Below, one piece after another: positions 38,376-50,345 of a stretch of DNA of 64,000 nt. The notes beneath the pieces were generated by a model. It saw only the letters and a program-made list of their open reading frames with translations. It was not told the origin of the DNA and did no database searches. The translations under genes were made by a program, and so were the position numbers. Each line of letters starts with the position of its first letter. Positions within the stretch are counted from its first letter, which is position 1. This stretch comes from Escherichia phage MLF4, in the sequence record NC_055780.1. One strand, 5' to 3'.

Positions 38376-40180
38376 TATGCAATCCTTATCCAACGGTATA
38401 CAGTAATAGACGGTTGAATATTACTAATATTAGCAGGAGGAGTATGTGAAGAGTTTGTTGTTGCGTAGTCTTCACGATATTTTGTATATATAGGACCAGT
38501 TTCATCTGGGTCATATTGGCAACCTCCAATAATAACTGATCCGTTTTCATCTTCAATTAAAACTTTTTCATCAGTTTTAGTTGCAGGAAGATTTGCGTTC
38601 TCAAGTGTCACTGATGTTGTTCCAACTGTTCCACCGGCAGTATGCGAAGGATTTCCGCTAGAATCTAAATCATTGTTATTTAATGCAAAGTTTGGATCCG
38701 TAACATCATCATTCCATCCTACTAAAACTTGTCCTTTACCAAATAATTTCCATGAACCAAATCCCATATAAGTCACCGGATTATTTGGGTTTATAGCATT
38801 TTCATAAATTGAACCAATGGGATAAATGCTATCGAAAATAGATGATATTGAATTATATGTTCTAGTATAAGAATCAACTTTTTCAACATTTGGCCAACCG
38901 ATTTTATCAAAATCAGTTAAGGCTACATCACCAGTAACTTCAGTAGATGATCCTTTGCTAACATAGCGTTCATCAGTTAATTCAATAATGTCATCTTTTT
39001 CCAAAAGAGTTCCTAAATCATTATTGAACCATGTTATAACGATTATATCACCTGATTCAAATTTTCTATCAAATAAAAGACTGACCGGTTTTCCATCTTC
39101 ATATTCTATAGAATAATCTGTGTTTGATTCTTTCCATTCACCACCAAGAGATATACATCCTTCTTGTGTATCTGAATTAGCGCCTTCACATAAAAACAGA
39201 GGATATCCTGCTGTTCCAGCTTGTTGTTGTAAAATTCCATTAAAACGAACTTCAAGAGAATTAGGATTAATAGGTTCTCCTGGAATTAATCCAAATGCGG
39301 AGAATGGAATTGATTTCATTGTCGATAAATCAGTAACGTAAATACTTCCTTCTAAAGAAGTTTTTGACGTTAATTTTGAATCTAATACTTTTATTTGGCG
39401 TCTTGTATATGAACTTCTCCATTGTGATACACCATCCATAAATGTTTCAATTTGAACAGTGTCACCAATATTACAAGGCTGTCTTAATCTAATATTAAAT
39501 CCATCAAGAGGAACCAATTCTCCTTCATTTTCCCCTGGAGAGCCAAAGTCACTGTTTTCGCTAAAAACATCGCCGTAATACAATTCGTTACCGCGGTGTT
39601 TTACTCTGATGTTATTAACATTATAACTAGTTCCACGGAAAATATCTAAAAAGTCTGTTTGTCCTTGAACTTCGACTAAAAATTCTTTACGAGCTACATT
39701 GCTAATGTCTGAACTAATAATTTTGTCAATTTGTTTATTTTTGACATATTCCCAACGACCCGGAGCGCAATAAACTAGCTCTAAATCACTAAATTGAACG
39801 TTAATTTCAACCGATGACGATGATCCTTTGATAGTATCACCAGAAGCGGCTACTAAAGTAACTGGATTAACATTCCATGTTGCAAATACATCCCTAGCTC
39901 TAATTACTTTATTATAATCATTAACAGTTCCTTTAGGAAGTTGCAGTGTTACTCTTCCAGACGAAGTATTAATAGCGTATGATTTTCCCCATTCAGCTTT
40001 TAATGTTTGCCCAGATGAAGCATTATAAGTTTTCCAGGCACCGGCTGAATATGGAACATTACCATCACCGAGTTCATAATAAAGCTCATCAAAGTTTTCA
40101 TTTATTTTTATACCACCTTTACGCAGGTAGTCACCGGTACCATCATCTACAACATTACCGATATTAATATTTTGTTTCAT
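38375..40180 (-). CDS. 10: baseplate wedge tail pin gp10
   Basis: 601 aa (T4 gp10 is 602). Confidence 0.85.
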   Translation of the reverse strand: MKQNINIGNVVDDGTGDYLRKGGIKINENFDELYYELGDGNVPYSAGAWKTYNASSGQTLKAEWGKSYAINTSSGRVTLQLPKGTVNDYNKVIRARDVFATWNVNPVTLVAASGDTIKGSSSSVEINVQFSDLELVYCAPGRWEYVKNKQIDKIISSDISNVARKEFLVEVQGQTDFLDIFRGTSYNVNNIRVKHRGNELYYGDVFSENSDFGSPGENEGELVPLDGFNIRLRQPCNIGDTVQIETFMDGVSQWRSSYTRRQIKVLDSKLTSKTSLEGSIYVTDLSTMKSIPFSAFGLIPGEPINPNSLEVRFNGILQQQAGTAGYPLFLCEGANSDTQEGCISLGGEWKESNTDYSIEYEDGKPVSLLFDRKFESGDIIVITWFNNDLGTLLEKDDIIELTDERYVSKGSSTEVTGDVALTDFDKIGWPNVEKVDSYTRTYNSISSIFDSIYPIGSIYENAINPNNPVTYMGFGSWKLFGKGQVLVGWNDDVTDPNFALNNNDLDSSGNPSHTAGGTVGTTSVTLENANLPATKTDEKVLIEDENGSVIIGGCQYDPDETGPIYTKYREDYATTNSSHTPPANISNIQPSITVYRWIRIA

Positions 40181-41046
40181 TATTGAGCCACCCCGATTTT
40201 CTGCGTAGCGATAACTTTAACTGCTGCTCTCATGCCGACAGTTGAAGAATTTATAGTCGCCGTTACGTAATTTTCTTTAATACTAAATGCAATATTAGCG
40301 ATTTCGTCTTCTTCTGTTTCATTTCCAACTCGCATGACAGCATACTCAGAAGAAATAACTTCTGAATTAACAGTATCCACAAGAATATTTATTTCTGCTG
40401 TTTTAATTTTTCTTCCATCTACTGATTGGCACGTAACTAGCAATTTAGCCATATTGTATTCAGTGCGATGAAATAGTGGAATGTCAACTGATCCAGATGT
40501 AGAAATATTCCATGTACCTTCAGCAGGTGATTCCTTTTGACCAAACATACTTTCAATAGAATAATTCCAAACCGACGTAGAATTATCAGATGAAATACAA
40601 CGTAAGGTAACTTTACTATATGGACTAGTTACTACTAAATTACCTGAAACGCCTTTAATTGAATCAATAGCTTGAATCGTTAAAGGATTAGTAACTGATA
40701 TTGATCCATTTGAGTTAATAAATTCAACGCAGTCGCCAAGTTCGCCTCTTTCAATGATAACTTTAACACCTACAGTAGAGGTATCAATATCATGCCTAGT
40801 GCCAACTTTTACTGGAGTTGCATACTCTGCAATAGAATGTTTTTGATAATATCCAGTAGCATGGATAATTTGACCATCTGCTCCAGTGCCATTTGCTACT
40901 GCCATTTTACGTTGATCGCCAAACGCGTTATAAATTGCGTTAAAATCACTATTAATTTTATTACCACCGTCGAATAAGATATCACCAGTAGAAGCGTTAC
41001 CAATTTCGCCGGTATCAATCAATTTCTTTGGTTCTTGAATGAACAT
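40180..41046 (-). CDS. 9: baseplate wedge / long-fibre socket gp9
   Basis: 288 aa as in T4 gp9. Confidence 0.85.
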   Translation of the reverse strand: MFIQEPKKLIDTGEIGNASTGDILFDGGNKINSDFNAIYNAFGDQRKMAVANGTGADGQIIHATGYYQKHSIAEYATPVKVGTRHDIDTSTVGVKVIIERGELGDCVEFINSNGSISVTNPLTIQAIDSIKGVSGNLVVTSPYSKVTLRCISSDNSTSVWNYSIESMFGQKESPAEGTWNISTSGSVDIPLFHRTEYNMAKLLVTCQSVDGRKIKTAEINILVDTVNSEVISSEYAVMRVGNETEEDEIANIAFSIKENYVTATINSSTVGMRAAVKVIATQKIGVAQ

Positions 41047-41070
41047 AGCGGTTTCCTTATGAGTTTATAG

Positions 41071-41078
41071 TATTTATA
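41071..41078 (-). promoter_or_regulatory. late promoter TATAAATA (gene 9)
   Basis: plus-strand TATTTATA 25 nt upstream of ATG at 41046. Confidence 0.65.
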
Positions 41079-41086
41079 AAGAAAAA

Positions 41087-41104
41087 GGGAGCCCATGGGC
41101 TCCC
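41087..41104 (-). terminator. hairpin terminator after gene 8 (GGGAGCCC-AT-GGGCTCCC + U-run)
   Basis: 8-bp stem 5 nt after gp8 stop; minus-strand transcript continues TTTTTCTT. Confidence 0.65.
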
Positions 41105-41109
41105 TTAAT

Positions 41110-42114
41110 TTAAAATGTAAACAGAATATTGATTTCTTCTGTCTGATCCATTGCCATAATAATAGGTGGCCTATTTTCCATATAAATCATTTCGCCCGAA
41201 TGCCTCATTAAATCTTCCGGATCATAATAATCCTTTTCAGCTTTAACATTTGGGTCATTTGGATGAGCTTTAGCTTCAAGAGGATTCGTGATTATTGATA
41301 TTTGTCTAAATCCTTTATTTCCTGGCAATGCAGCTTCAGGAAAATAAACTGAATCTAAATATGCTTTAAAACGGATAGTATTTGCCTTAACACGGTAAAT
41401 TAATCCAAAATCATCTTGCTGCCAAGTGAGATTATCTTCATACCCCCATCTAGTCGGGTCTTCTTTTAATTCCTCAGGCCAAGGAACCACGATATATTCA
41501 TTCGTGCATCTATTTATAGATACATCAGGCGGAATCTCAAATAGATATTCCCAAACATATCCGTCCCCAGGTTCAATTGTTCCTTCAGCATCTCCTCGAC
41601 CTTCAGGAGGAGTCATTGACCTAGCAGAAGGAGTCCATTTTCCACCTAACTTAAGGCATTCATCCTTATTAGTTAAAGATGCTATTGAGCACATTCCAGT
41701 ATCAGGAACATCTAAACAGCGATACACTAACCATCCCGCGCCTGATTCAGTAGCGTTGTAAGGAGCTGAGTTACACACTACAATATCGTTAATTCTAAAT
41801 GTGTATGGATCCGGATATCTAGTATCTCCCCAATCTCGACGAGGAATAACTGCATCAAGCATTGATGGAAGAACTTTTACTGTTCCCATCATATGAGTCC
41901 ACATGTCAGTTACACCTAATACAGAATCGGTAGGATAAGGTGGGGCAAAGCCCACCTCATTTTCATTTGATGACCACGGTTCTGATCTTCCAAATGTGAT
42001 AAAGATAGTGTTTTTATCCGGACCACTTCCAATTGAATTATAAAAATTCAACATTTTTTCTGTTCTAAATTTTGAAGTAACTATCGCACGATAGATAACA
42101 CTTGAATCATTCAT
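41110..42114 (-). CDS. 8: baseplate wedge subunit gp8
   Basis: 334 aa as in T4 gp8. Confidence 0.85.
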   Translation of the reverse strand: MNDSSVIYRAIVTSKFRTEKMLNFYNSIGSGPDKNTIFITFGRSEPWSSNENEVGFAPPYPTDSVLGVTDMWTHMMGTVKVLPSMLDAVIPRRDWGDTRYPDPYTFRINDIVVCNSAPYNATESGAGWLVYRCLDVPDTGMCSIASLTNKDECLKLGGKWTPSARSMTPPEGRGDAEGTIEPGDGYVWEYLFEIPPDVSINRCTNEYIVVPWPEELKEDPTRWGYEDNLTWQQDDFGLIYRVKANTIRFKAYLDSVYFPEAALPGNKGFRQISIITNPLEAKAHPNDPNVKAEKDYYDPEDLMRHSGEMIYMENRPPIIMAMDQTEEINILFTF

Positions 42115-45100
42115 CTATTTTAACCTGTGTTGGATTTTCAGGGTCTCTTGGATTTCCTATATTATCTTTTAGACGTTTATTAACTAAATCTCTAAATTGC
42201 GCAAATGTTGTTCCAGATGCATCAAATAAAGGACTCATTAATTTACGTCGTTCAGACGGCAATTGACCTTGAAATATTGAATTGTTATTTTCAGCATTAT
42301 AGTCATCAGGAAGAGGATATTCTACACCAGCCATTGGGCCAGGCTCATAAATTGCTTCGCCTGTTACCGAATCATGCTCAATTTCACCAGTTGGAGTCAA
42401 TTTAGCTACTCTATCAGCATATTCAGTAGGCAATCCAGAATCCCATTTATAGTTTTTATATTTATTAATTATTGTCTCTGTGTGTTTAAGAGTTAAACCG
42501 ACATTAATAAACATAGTTAAAAGCGTGATTGCTATAAATCCAAATCCTACTGGGTGAACAAAACGAATAACGTCAGATTTCCAGCGGGAAGAAGGTAAAT
42601 TGGATTTAATTTTCATTACATAATATGATCTACTTCTATTAATATAGTCTATATTATTTTGAAGCAAATCTTTTCCTTTAACCCCACGAATAATTTCACC
42701 TTCAAAGCCCGGAAGTCTTTCTGCTTTAACTTCTTGTCCTGCTATTAACCGCCCCAAAAGATTATGTATAGTCACAGTCCATTGCAATTTACCATTAGAA
42801 TAACTTCTTTCTATATAAGTAACATTACATCTTCCAGTTGCAGTATAGATAGTTTGTCCTACTAAATCTTCTGTAAGAGAATCAGATTGAATGATTACAT
42901 CATATTCAGTACCTGCTCCCGATTCAATTTCAATTTCAACTTCTTCATTATAAAGAACTTTAAAAAGAAATTTATATGATGCTTCAATTCCTTTAGTAGA
43001 ATAAAAATCATAACTACGTGATTCAAAGAATCTTGCAACTGCATCGCGTTTGTCAGCATTTAAATAAATGTTTCTTTTATATATTTCTGACCATAAATAT
43101 TCCCACGCATGCTCTTCTCGTGGATATTGGTTACGAATTAAATTTCGTAAATTGTTATACTGAGTTCCATATCCATCAGAAAGATACTGAATATATGCTT
43201 CGCAAAATGCCTCAAAATTAGAATCTTGTAACAAATAAGAATCAGGCATCATTGTGCCAATTAATGGTCTTAAATCAGGGTCAGCTAATCCACGTTCTTC
43301 TTCTGGTGACCAAGGAGTTTCACGCTCTTGGTTTTGTAAAAATGCTTTTAAAAATACTTCAGTCGGCTTCCAAATAATTTCTACTGTATCTCTCACACGA
43401 TAGTTAAAATCATAATAAGAAATTATTTCACCAGAAGATTTATAAAAAAGCATTCCTGATGCGTATTTTTTAAATCCAGTGAATTTAACATTTGTCATTA
43501 CTATAGTGCAATCGCCATCATCCCAGTATTCATGCACTAATCTATCTGGTGACGTTTCTGGAATATTTTCAATAACTTTGGTGTATTTCAAATCTGCATA
43601 AACTACAACAGCTTTATCAGAGTTGTTTATCCAACAGCGCGTGTTAGATTTTTTAGACCAGTTAAAGAATGGTTCTGCATAGTATTTCATCGGCTGAGGC
43701 GTAAAAGTTTCCCAATCAGATTTTTCATCTGCTATAAATGCCATCATATGATAATGTTTATCAGCTAACCATTCGCGAGGAAATTCATATTTAACAGCAC
43801 CGATTAACTGATATTTCGCTGCAGTTTCAAGGTCATTAACAATGTTATCACTTAAAAATTTAAAATTACTCGAAGACAGAGAAACTAATTTACCATCAGT
43901 TGACATATTCGCATATCCAGGTTGAATACGTCTTCTTTCTTCTTCAGTGTTACCAAAAACTCTTTTCCATGTTTTTTCGTCATGATTTAAAACATATATT
44001 CCTTTATCAGCGGAATCAATTATTTTTGATGTTCTAGGATTAGCATTTAATGTTTCAACTTCACCAATAATAAGAGCAAAAACTTTATCACCAATAGAAT
44101 CCATTTTATAGCATACAGCTTTAGGATTTCCAGTTATAGTCATTGTATCAGGTTCAAAAAGTCTTTCCGAGTATGTTGGTGATAACGGGTCAGAATCTAT
44201 AGGTGCATTACTCGTTTTTATATATCTAACTTTATCTCTGGCAACAACATAGATATAATCATCCGTACAAGTAATGGCTTCAGCTATACGATATACATTC
44301 GCTGGTAAAGTCGCATAAGTAGCGAAGATTTCAACATCGAATCCTAAATGAAGTTGGTCTCCTAATTTAGCAAATGTTATATCCTGTGAACTGAATCTGA
44401 CATCATCTGCTGACCATCTAACGTCAGTCGATTTACGGCCATAGAAAATCTTATCGTATCCTAGAACGTATGTTGTGTTTGCAGATTGGTAATATACAGT
44501 CTTAGATAAAGGATATCCTACACGGTCATTGAAGAGCTTTACAGCTTTCCAGGTTTGTCCTTTATCATTGGATACTTTAACTACGGGTTGATAACGCTCA
44601 AAAAGATATAGAATCCCTTCTGATTCCATCAAATAAACTCGGTTAATATCCTTACATACTTGCTGAATAGAACCTTGTATTTCATGATACTCGTTTTCAC
44701 CAATAATAAAATTACTGATTGATGAGACATCAGCATACGATGGGCTGAACTGAAATGATTCATTCATCAACGCAGCCATTATTGTGTCATTATTGAAATT
44801 AACATAATCAGAATTATTAAGAGTAAATTTTTCCTGAATGAATTTATTGGCTAATTGCATTTCAATCATGTTTTGAAATGTATAAGCATTTGTAGCAAAA
44901 GTTTCAAACTCTTCGGTATAAATCCAATCAGACTGCTCAAAATCTTGCGCAGCTGTAGCTACTCTAATAACATATGATGTCAGTGGATCAGCATCATCAA
45001 AAAAGAAACTATTATTTGCTGTATATCCTAAATTAATCCAACGATATTGATTACTCGGGAGATTTTTTCCCGAGTTTGATTTTGTCTCAGCGATTTCTAC

Positions 45101-45205
45101 AAAGTAGTAGAAATTAGCACCAACGTCATCCCAGCGTACTTGCACCTGATTAGCGGATAACTTGGAAATTCTGAGACTAGTGACTGAAGGTGCTTTTACT
45201 GTCAT
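42107..45205 (-). CDS. 7: baseplate wedge initiator gp7
   Basis: 1032 aa, same length as T4 gp7. Confidence 0.88.
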   Translation of the reverse strand: MTVKAPSVTSLRISKLSANQVQVRWDDVGANFYYFVEIAETKSNSGKNLPSNQYRWINLGYTANNSFFFDDADPLTSYVIRVATAAQDFEQSDWIYTEEFETFATNAYTFQNMIEMQLANKFIQEKFTLNNSDYVNFNNDTIMAALMNESFQFSPSYADVSSISNFIIGENEYHEIQGSIQQVCKDINRVYLMESEGILYLFERYQPVVKVSNDKGQTWKAVKLFNDRVGYPLSKTVYYQSANTTYVLGYDKIFYGRKSTDVRWSADDVRFSSQDITFAKLGDQLHLGFDVEIFATYATLPANVYRIAEAITCTDDYIYVVARDKVRYIKTSNAPIDSDPLSPTYSERLFEPDTMTITGNPKAVCYKMDSIGDKVFALIIGEVETLNANPRTSKIIDSADKGIYVLNHDEKTWKRVFGNTEEERRRIQPGYANMSTDGKLVSLSSSNFKFLSDNIVNDLETAAKYQLIGAVKYEFPREWLADKHYHMMAFIADEKSDWETFTPQPMKYYAEPFFNWSKKSNTRCWINNSDKAVVVYADLKYTKVIENIPETSPDRLVHEYWDDGDCTIVMTNVKFTGFKKYASGMLFYKSSGEIISYYDFNYRVRDTVEIIWKPTEVFLKAFLQNQERETPWSPEEERGLADPDLRPLIGTMMPDSYLLQDSNFEAFCEAYIQYLSDGYGTQYNNLRNLIRNQYPREEHAWEYLWSEIYKRNIYLNADKRDAVARFFESRSYDFYSTKGIEASYKFLFKVLYNEEVEIEIESGAGTEYDVIIQSDSLTEDLVGQTIYTATGRCNVTYIERSYSNGKLQWTVTIHNLLGRLIAGQEVKAERLPGFEGEIIRGVKGKDLLQNNIDYINRSRSYYVMKIKSNLPSSRWKSDVIRFVHPVGFGFIAITLLTMFINVGLTLKHTETIINKYKNYKWDSGLPTEYADRVAKLTPTGEIEHDSVTGEAIYEPGPMAGVEYPLPDDYNAENNNSIFQGQLPSERRKLMSPLFDASGTTFAQFRDLVNKRLKDNIGNPRDPENPTQVKIDE

Positions 45206-47184
45206 TGTGATATAGGCTCCAAATCGATAGTTAAGTATTGTGGACGTAAGTCATTTTCAAATACAATCAGTGAACCATCGCGAGTAAAGATAACATCATC
45301 GGTTGGGTCAGAATATAATTCAATAGTCTGAACTTCAAATTTTTCAGATGTTAAATTAATTTTAGCGATATTCCAATAAATCATGTCAGCTGGATAATTT
45401 ATTTCACCGATAACATAGTATTTGTCGCGTCCATCAGAATTTGCTAATTTGTTAAAATCGTTGCCCGTATACGGCTGAATGTTTTCATTTTCTGCAACAT
45501 CGCCAGAAACAAATGGACCAATAATAACTTTACCAATTCCTTTAGAATCTCGGTCTGTTGATACTATACGAACGTCATATAATACATCTTCTTCTAAACC
45601 AGTATCAGGATTTACAACCTTTCGTCCAGAATTAAATGAAAACGTATTAGATTCCATAGAACGATCTTTTATTTGATTATTGTATTTAATACCTGCTTCA
45701 GGCGTTTTATAGAAGTTTTGTACTTCACGAACAATTTGAATAGTCGCTGATGAACCAATGATAGAATGATCTGCATCATCTACGTAAGTTAACATCTTAG
45801 ACTTGGCAAAAGATGAGTTAAAAATTTCTACATCTTCGGTATAATAGCGATCAATTTTATCAATTATTTGACCTTCAAGCCACTGTTCGGATTCTTGTAG
45901 TTTATTTAAAGCATATGTGACTTTTAAATTAGTCTTAATAAAAAGATAATTAGGAGAAATAATTGACGGTGTAATAGGCGCTAAATTATAGTCTTTGAGA
46001 TAATTTTTAATATCTTCACGTTGCACAGTAGTTAAATATAGTCCTGATTTAGGTTTAGCAGCAATAAATGCATACCCAGGTTTAGTAGAATCAGTGAAAG
46101 TCTGAACAGCTTGAATAATAGAACCAAATCTCTCTGAAACGAATGTATCATAGTCGGTCGCAGTTACGCAGCGTTGCTGGGTTTCGCGTTTAATAGTACC
46201 CAATTCGCGAATACGCTCAATATCTTCTGGATCGCCACCGCCATCGGCCCCAACAAAATCTGGGTCATCATTTGGATTTTCGTTAATATTGATGACAGTT
46301 ATATTTGTTAATGTATCTGCGTATGAAAATCCGACTGCACCATTCGCATCTGCACCGTTAGTACTGATGTACTCAATAACAATAGTAGAGTTCTGGGTAG
46401 GTTTAAGACCTCCAATATAGTTAGCAGTTAGAGCTCCTTCTGCCGCATTAACAGAAATTTCACCTTCGCCAAAATAGAATTCAGTGTTTCCATCAATAGT
46501 TTCACGCATGTAGTAAATTGTTGATGTAGAACCAGCATGAACCATTGACTTTCTTGTCCAGTTAATCCATTCTGCTCCATCAACGTATAGTTTAACTTGG
46601 TTTCTATCTATGTTTTTGTCATAAATGATAATAGGTGTTAATTTATCATAAATGATTTCAGTTCTTACTATACGTCCCTGGGCTAATTTTAATCGTGGAA
46701 AATATTGGTTATTTTTATCACGAATAGCAATAACGTCTTCGGTAGAAACGAAGTTATATGGATTAACAGAAGTATCCTTTGCATATGCTAAAAAGCGAGT
46801 ACCGCGAGGAATAGTAATGTAATTTCTATTCAATGCATCTGTACAAGTTAGCATAATTTCAGTTTGAGCAGCTGATTTTGAAGTAGGTAAATATCCATTA
46901 TCTTGTGCCGCTTGAACTACCGAACTACGTAAGTTAGCAGTACGCATAAAGCTTTCATACACAGCAGCATTACCAAACTGCTGAATGTACAATGTATTAT
47001 AAGCTAAAAGGTCGCACAGAACGTTTAATCTTGAGCCTTCAAAATCATAATCCAAAAATTCATTTTGGCCATTAAGCCATTCAATGAGGTTTTGTTTTAT
47101 TTCAGCAAACGTACCCCCGACGAATATCTCGGGAATAGCATTTGCTGTTCTTGTTAATTGATAATTTACAGGGGTATTTGCCAT
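45202..47184 (-). CDS. 6: baseplate wedge subunit gp6
   Basis: 660 aa as in T4 gp6. Confidence 0.88.
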   Translation of the reverse strand: MANTPVNYQLTRTANAIPEIFVGGTFAEIKQNLIEWLNGQNEFLDYDFEGSRLNVLCDLLAYNTLYIQQFGNAAVYESFMRTANLRSSVVQAAQDNGYLPTSKSAAQTEIMLTCTDALNRNYITIPRGTRFLAYAKDTSVNPYNFVSTEDVIAIRDKNNQYFPRLKLAQGRIVRTEIIYDKLTPIIIYDKNIDRNQVKLYVDGAEWINWTRKSMVHAGSTSTIYYMRETIDGNTEFYFGEGEISVNAAEGALTANYIGGLKPTQNSTIVIEYISTNGADANGAVGFSYADTLTNITVININENPNDDPDFVGADGGGDPEDIERIRELGTIKRETQQRCVTATDYDTFVSERFGSIIQAVQTFTDSTKPGYAFIAAKPKSGLYLTTVQREDIKNYLKDYNLAPITPSIISPNYLFIKTNLKVTYALNKLQESEQWLEGQIIDKIDRYYTEDVEIFNSSFAKSKMLTYVDDADHSIIGSSATIQIVREVQNFYKTPEAGIKYNNQIKDRSMESNTFSFNSGRKVVNPDTGLEEDVLYDVRIVSTDRDSKGIGKVIIGPFVSGDVAENENIQPYTGNDFNKLANSDGRDKYYVIGEINYPADMIYWNIAKINLTSEKFEVQTIELYSDPTDDVIFTRDGSLIVFENDLRPQYLTIDLEPISQ

Positions 47185-47192
47185 TTTAAATC

Positions 47193-47486
47193 CTATTTAA
47201 TGAATACTTTAGATGATGCCTGAGCCACAGTATCACCACATGATATTGAATCAGCCATTTGAACAGCTTTCTTTCCTGTGACATATACCTTAGAAGTTCT
47301 AGGTTGTGTCACTCCGCCATGTGTTTCATATGGCTTTTTGATTTCTGTATGTTCTGTAATTGGATCGCCTGCTATTAGAACAGCAATTCCTCCAGTGAAT
47401 ACTTTACTTTGTGTAGCATTCACAACTGTTGGAGGCCATGCTTCATGACCAGCAGTAACACATTTATCATAACTTAATCCTGACAT
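47193..47486 (-). CDS. 5.4: baseplate spike tip protein gp5.4 (PAAR-like)
   Basis: 97 aa; position between 5.1 and 6 as in T4. Confidence 0.8.
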   Translation of the reverse strand: MSGLSYDKCVTAGHEAWPPTVVNATQSKVFTGGIAVLIAGDPITEHTEIKKPYETHGGVTQPRTSKVYVTGKKAVQMADSISCGDTVAQASSKVFIK

Positions 47487-48044
47487 CTATGGCCTCTCAT
47501 ACACATAGCTTCTTAATTTATTAGCCCAACGACTCCAATTTCCAACTATAGTTTTAGTATAATTTTTAACTAGAGTTTTTCTTACTGGAGCAGGAGGATC
47601 TGTCGGTTCAGTAGTATCAGAAGATGACCTAGAATTACTGCCAGAACCTCCAGATTCACTTTGTTCTTGGTAGTCATATATTAATGTTACTTCGTAAGTG
47701 AATGTCTTCTGGAGATTTTGAGGAGCTTTCCACAAATACAACTGAGTGTCAGAATCAGTAGGAAGTTCTTCCCATGAAGCAGCAGTTTTAAATTCATCAC
47801 CTAAACGATATTTCAACGCGTCATTTCCGAAACCAAATACAGATTCATATGTTCCGTATAAGCGACTTTCTTCTACTAAAACCCCAGGAGTTTCTTCGTA
47901 ACTAGTTATATTTATAGATACTAACGTTTCACCTGTTTCTAATTGAGCGGTAAAGGTGACGTCGATAGAAGAACCTTCCATGGATTCTCCTAAATCAGCG
48001 CTCATTGGAAGTATATTAGCCAATGTCAATCCTCGATCCATCAA
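47487..48044 (-). CDS. hypothetical protein, gene 5.1 position
   Basis: 185-aa track ORF overlaps gp5 3' end; true start probably an internal Met; acidic Ser-rich middle. Confidence 0.55.
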   Translation of the reverse strand: MMDRGLTLANILPMSADLGESMEGSSIDVTFTAQLETGETLVSINITSYEETPGVLVEESRLYGTYESVFGFGNDALKYRLGDEFKTAASWEELPTDSDTQLYLWKAPQNLQKTFTYEVTLIYDYQEQSESGGSGSNSRSSSDTTEPTDPPAPVRKTLVKNYTKTIVGNWSRWANKLRSYVYERP

Positions 48045-49743
48045 TTGTGTATTGACCAGATGAAATAGAACTCATAGATGCCATTTTTTCTGTCCAATCA
48101 CCACCAACGTCCCAATCAACTGTCCCAGCAACTTTCCAAGAAAGATTTCCATTTACTGTATTAGTCTGATTTCCTTCAACTAAAGTAGTAGCATCTCCTT
48201 TAACTGTAATGTCAGCATTACCTTCAACTACAATAGTAACATTACCTTTAACTAGGATAGTTCCATTACCTTCAACCGTCTTAGTTTCATCGCCACGTAC
48301 AAATATTGTATTGCTTCCATCTATTTGGTGAAGACGATTATCCATGTTGTAATAAATTTCTGATCCACCGACGTTAGTCTTTTTATCGCCGGCTACCAAA
48401 AAATTACCATCAGCGTTGGTTATATCATACAAATTATCAACAGTTTTTCTTGTTCTTCTCCCTGACGGTGATACTTCTTCATAAGTTCCAGTTGGATGAA
48501 CTAATCTATATCGTTCTTGCCCAGGGGTATCATCAAATTCCTGAATATGTCCACTTTCAGTTTCCATTGTATGCACATAAGGATATTCGCCTTTATATGA
48601 AGAAACTGGTTCTTTGAATAAAATTCTTGAGTCATTTGGAATAGGAGGGTCAGCTGGATCAGAAGACTTCGCCACAGTAGCAGCCATTGCCGACAAAGAC
48701 CTAGCTGGAGTTTTCACTTCAACACCATATGATTCCAAATTCCCCGTAAGAATAATCATGGTAACACGGGATGCACGGCCCTTTGTTTGTTGATACCACA
48801 ATGAATCACGACCGGCTTTATATGCTTTTTCCCAATCTCCTGCTAACATAGCAGTTAACATTGTGTTAAATTTAGCTACACCGCCAACACCCATCTGAAA
48901 TGCCATATTTTCTAATGCCATTTGACGAGAACGGTTGACAGCTTGCCAGACTGGTCCTACTTTAGAATGTGATTTAATGTCACGTTGCATATCAGCCAAA
49001 TCGCGTTCAAATAAAGTTACCGCTTCTTCCATTGTAATAGAACCTGGATTTCCGGTAATTTCACGACCAACTTGTTTTGATAAAACTTTATTAATTTGGG
49101 TCATATCACGAACTGGCTGCTTCATGATAAGATGACCAATACCAATTGTCGGATATCCTTCTGTATCCCAATAAACTTTTAGTCTTAATCCTTCATCGCG
49201 GCGAAGCATTTCAGCCATTGACATATTTGGATTATCATCAGTTGGAATCTCTGATAGTGGTCTATCATCGGGATTTATTGCGGTGTCTAAGTTACTATCT
49301 TGGATAACGTTAGAAGACGAATCATATCCTACTTCTCCGCCTTGGTTTAGTACGTTAGTATCATTTCCTAAACGTCTAGGATATTGCCCAGTCGGGTCAG
49401 AAAATCCTTCAAGTCTATTCGGTTTTTCGCGAACTATTCCACCATACGTGCCAAGAACAATTCCGTTAGTTTTCCATTTGTCCAAAAAATGACCATAAAC
49501 TCTAGTTCCTTCTACCGGTCCGGTAACGGAACCTCCAATTCCAGACATAGCTGCCGAAGTTATAGGCTGAATAACTGACATCCATGGCAATTTTTCAGTT
49601 GGAATACCCATTACATCACCTTGTGCTCTTTGTGGTGGATGCAGACCAACCACACGAACACGAACACGACCTAATTTTAATGGGTCCATTCTATCTTCAA
49701 CAACACCAACAAACCAATTAAGGTTATTACTTATCATTTCCAT
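48016..49743 (-). CDS. 5: baseplate central spike with tail lysozyme gp5
   Basis: 575 aa as in T4 gp5; internal lysozyme domain DEGLRLKVYWDTEGYPTIGIGHL closely parallels the gene e lysozyme in this window; C-terminal beta-helix repeats (VxGxxT...). Confidence 0.92.
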   Translation of the reverse strand: MEMISNNLNWFVGVVEDRMDPLKLGRVRVRVVGLHPPQRAQGDVMGIPTEKLPWMSVIQPITSAAMSGIGGSVTGPVEGTRVYGHFLDKWKTNGIVLGTYGGIVREKPNRLEGFSDPTGQYPRRLGNDTNVLNQGGEVGYDSSSNVIQDSNLDTAINPDDRPLSEIPTDDNPNMSMAEMLRRDEGLRLKVYWDTEGYPTIGIGHLIMKQPVRDMTQINKVLSKQVGREITGNPGSITMEEAVTLFERDLADMQRDIKSHSKVGPVWQAVNRSRQMALENMAFQMGVGGVAKFNTMLTAMLAGDWEKAYKAGRDSLWYQQTKGRASRVTMIILTGNLESYGVEVKTPARSLSAMAATVAKSSDPADPPIPNDSRILFKEPVSSYKGEYPYVHTMETESGHIQEFDDTPGQERYRLVHPTGTYEEVSPSGRRTRKTVDNLYDITNADGNFLVAGDKKTNVGGSEIYYNMDNRLHQIDGSNTIFVRGDETKTVEGNGTILVKGNVTIVVEGNADITVKGDATTLVEGNQTNTVNGNLSWKVAGTVDWDVGGDWTEKMASMSSISSGQYTIDGSRIDIG

Positions 49744-50317
49744 AAGATTTCTCCATTATACGTATAAGGTCGTTCATAAATGAATTGATGTCTGATTTTG
49801 CTATTATTTTTATTTGACGAAGTTTTTCATTTTCAAGAACAGCAGCTTCATACGTATTAACAGCAGCAAGTGCTCCTTCATATTGAGGATATTTTCTAGC
49901 TTTATCACCTTTGTCATACCAAACATATGGATTATCATCGTATGATACTAAATTATAAAATTTTTCACCGTTCTCATTTACATGATATACTATTTGGTCT
50001 CCACCTACGTTTTTGTATTTTTGTATAGATGCTTGATAAGCAGCTTCTTGTGAAGTAATCCATCCATAATATGGATCATAATTATCATTACACATCAATA
50101 AAACCCAATACAACTGTGGATTTCCATATATAGTATTTGCTAATTCTTCCGGGCGTGGTGAACCTTTAATATAATAAGTACGTAAGCGGTATCCCGCAAG
50201 AGCACGTTTGAAATAGTCTTTATAGTTTCTAAAAATATCTGTCATAGGAATAGTCGGCGCGTTTTTATTCACCGTTTTGGCCGCATATTCAATCGGATCA
50301 AAAAATGTAAAGAGCAT
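49727..50317 (-). CDS. 53: baseplate wedge subunit gp53
   Basis: 196 aa as in T4 gp53; late promoter upstream. Confidence 0.8.
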   Translation of the reverse strand: MLFTFFDPIEYAAKTVNKNAPTIPMTDIFRNYKDYFKRALAGYRLRTYYIKGSPRPEELANTIYGNPQLYWVLLMCNDNYDPYYGWITSQEAAYQASIQKYKNVGGDQIVYHVNENGEKFYNLVSYDDNPYVWYDKGDKARKYPQYEGALAAVNTYEAAVLENEKLRQIKIIAKSDINSFMNDLIRIMEKSYGNDK

Positions 50318-50330
50318 GGGCCCTCCTGTT

Positions 50331-50338
50331 TATAAATA
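50331..50338 (+). promoter_or_regulatory. late promoter TATAAATA (gene 4)
   Basis: 27 nt upstream of ATG at 50365. Confidence 0.65.
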
Positions 50339-50345
50339 TATTATC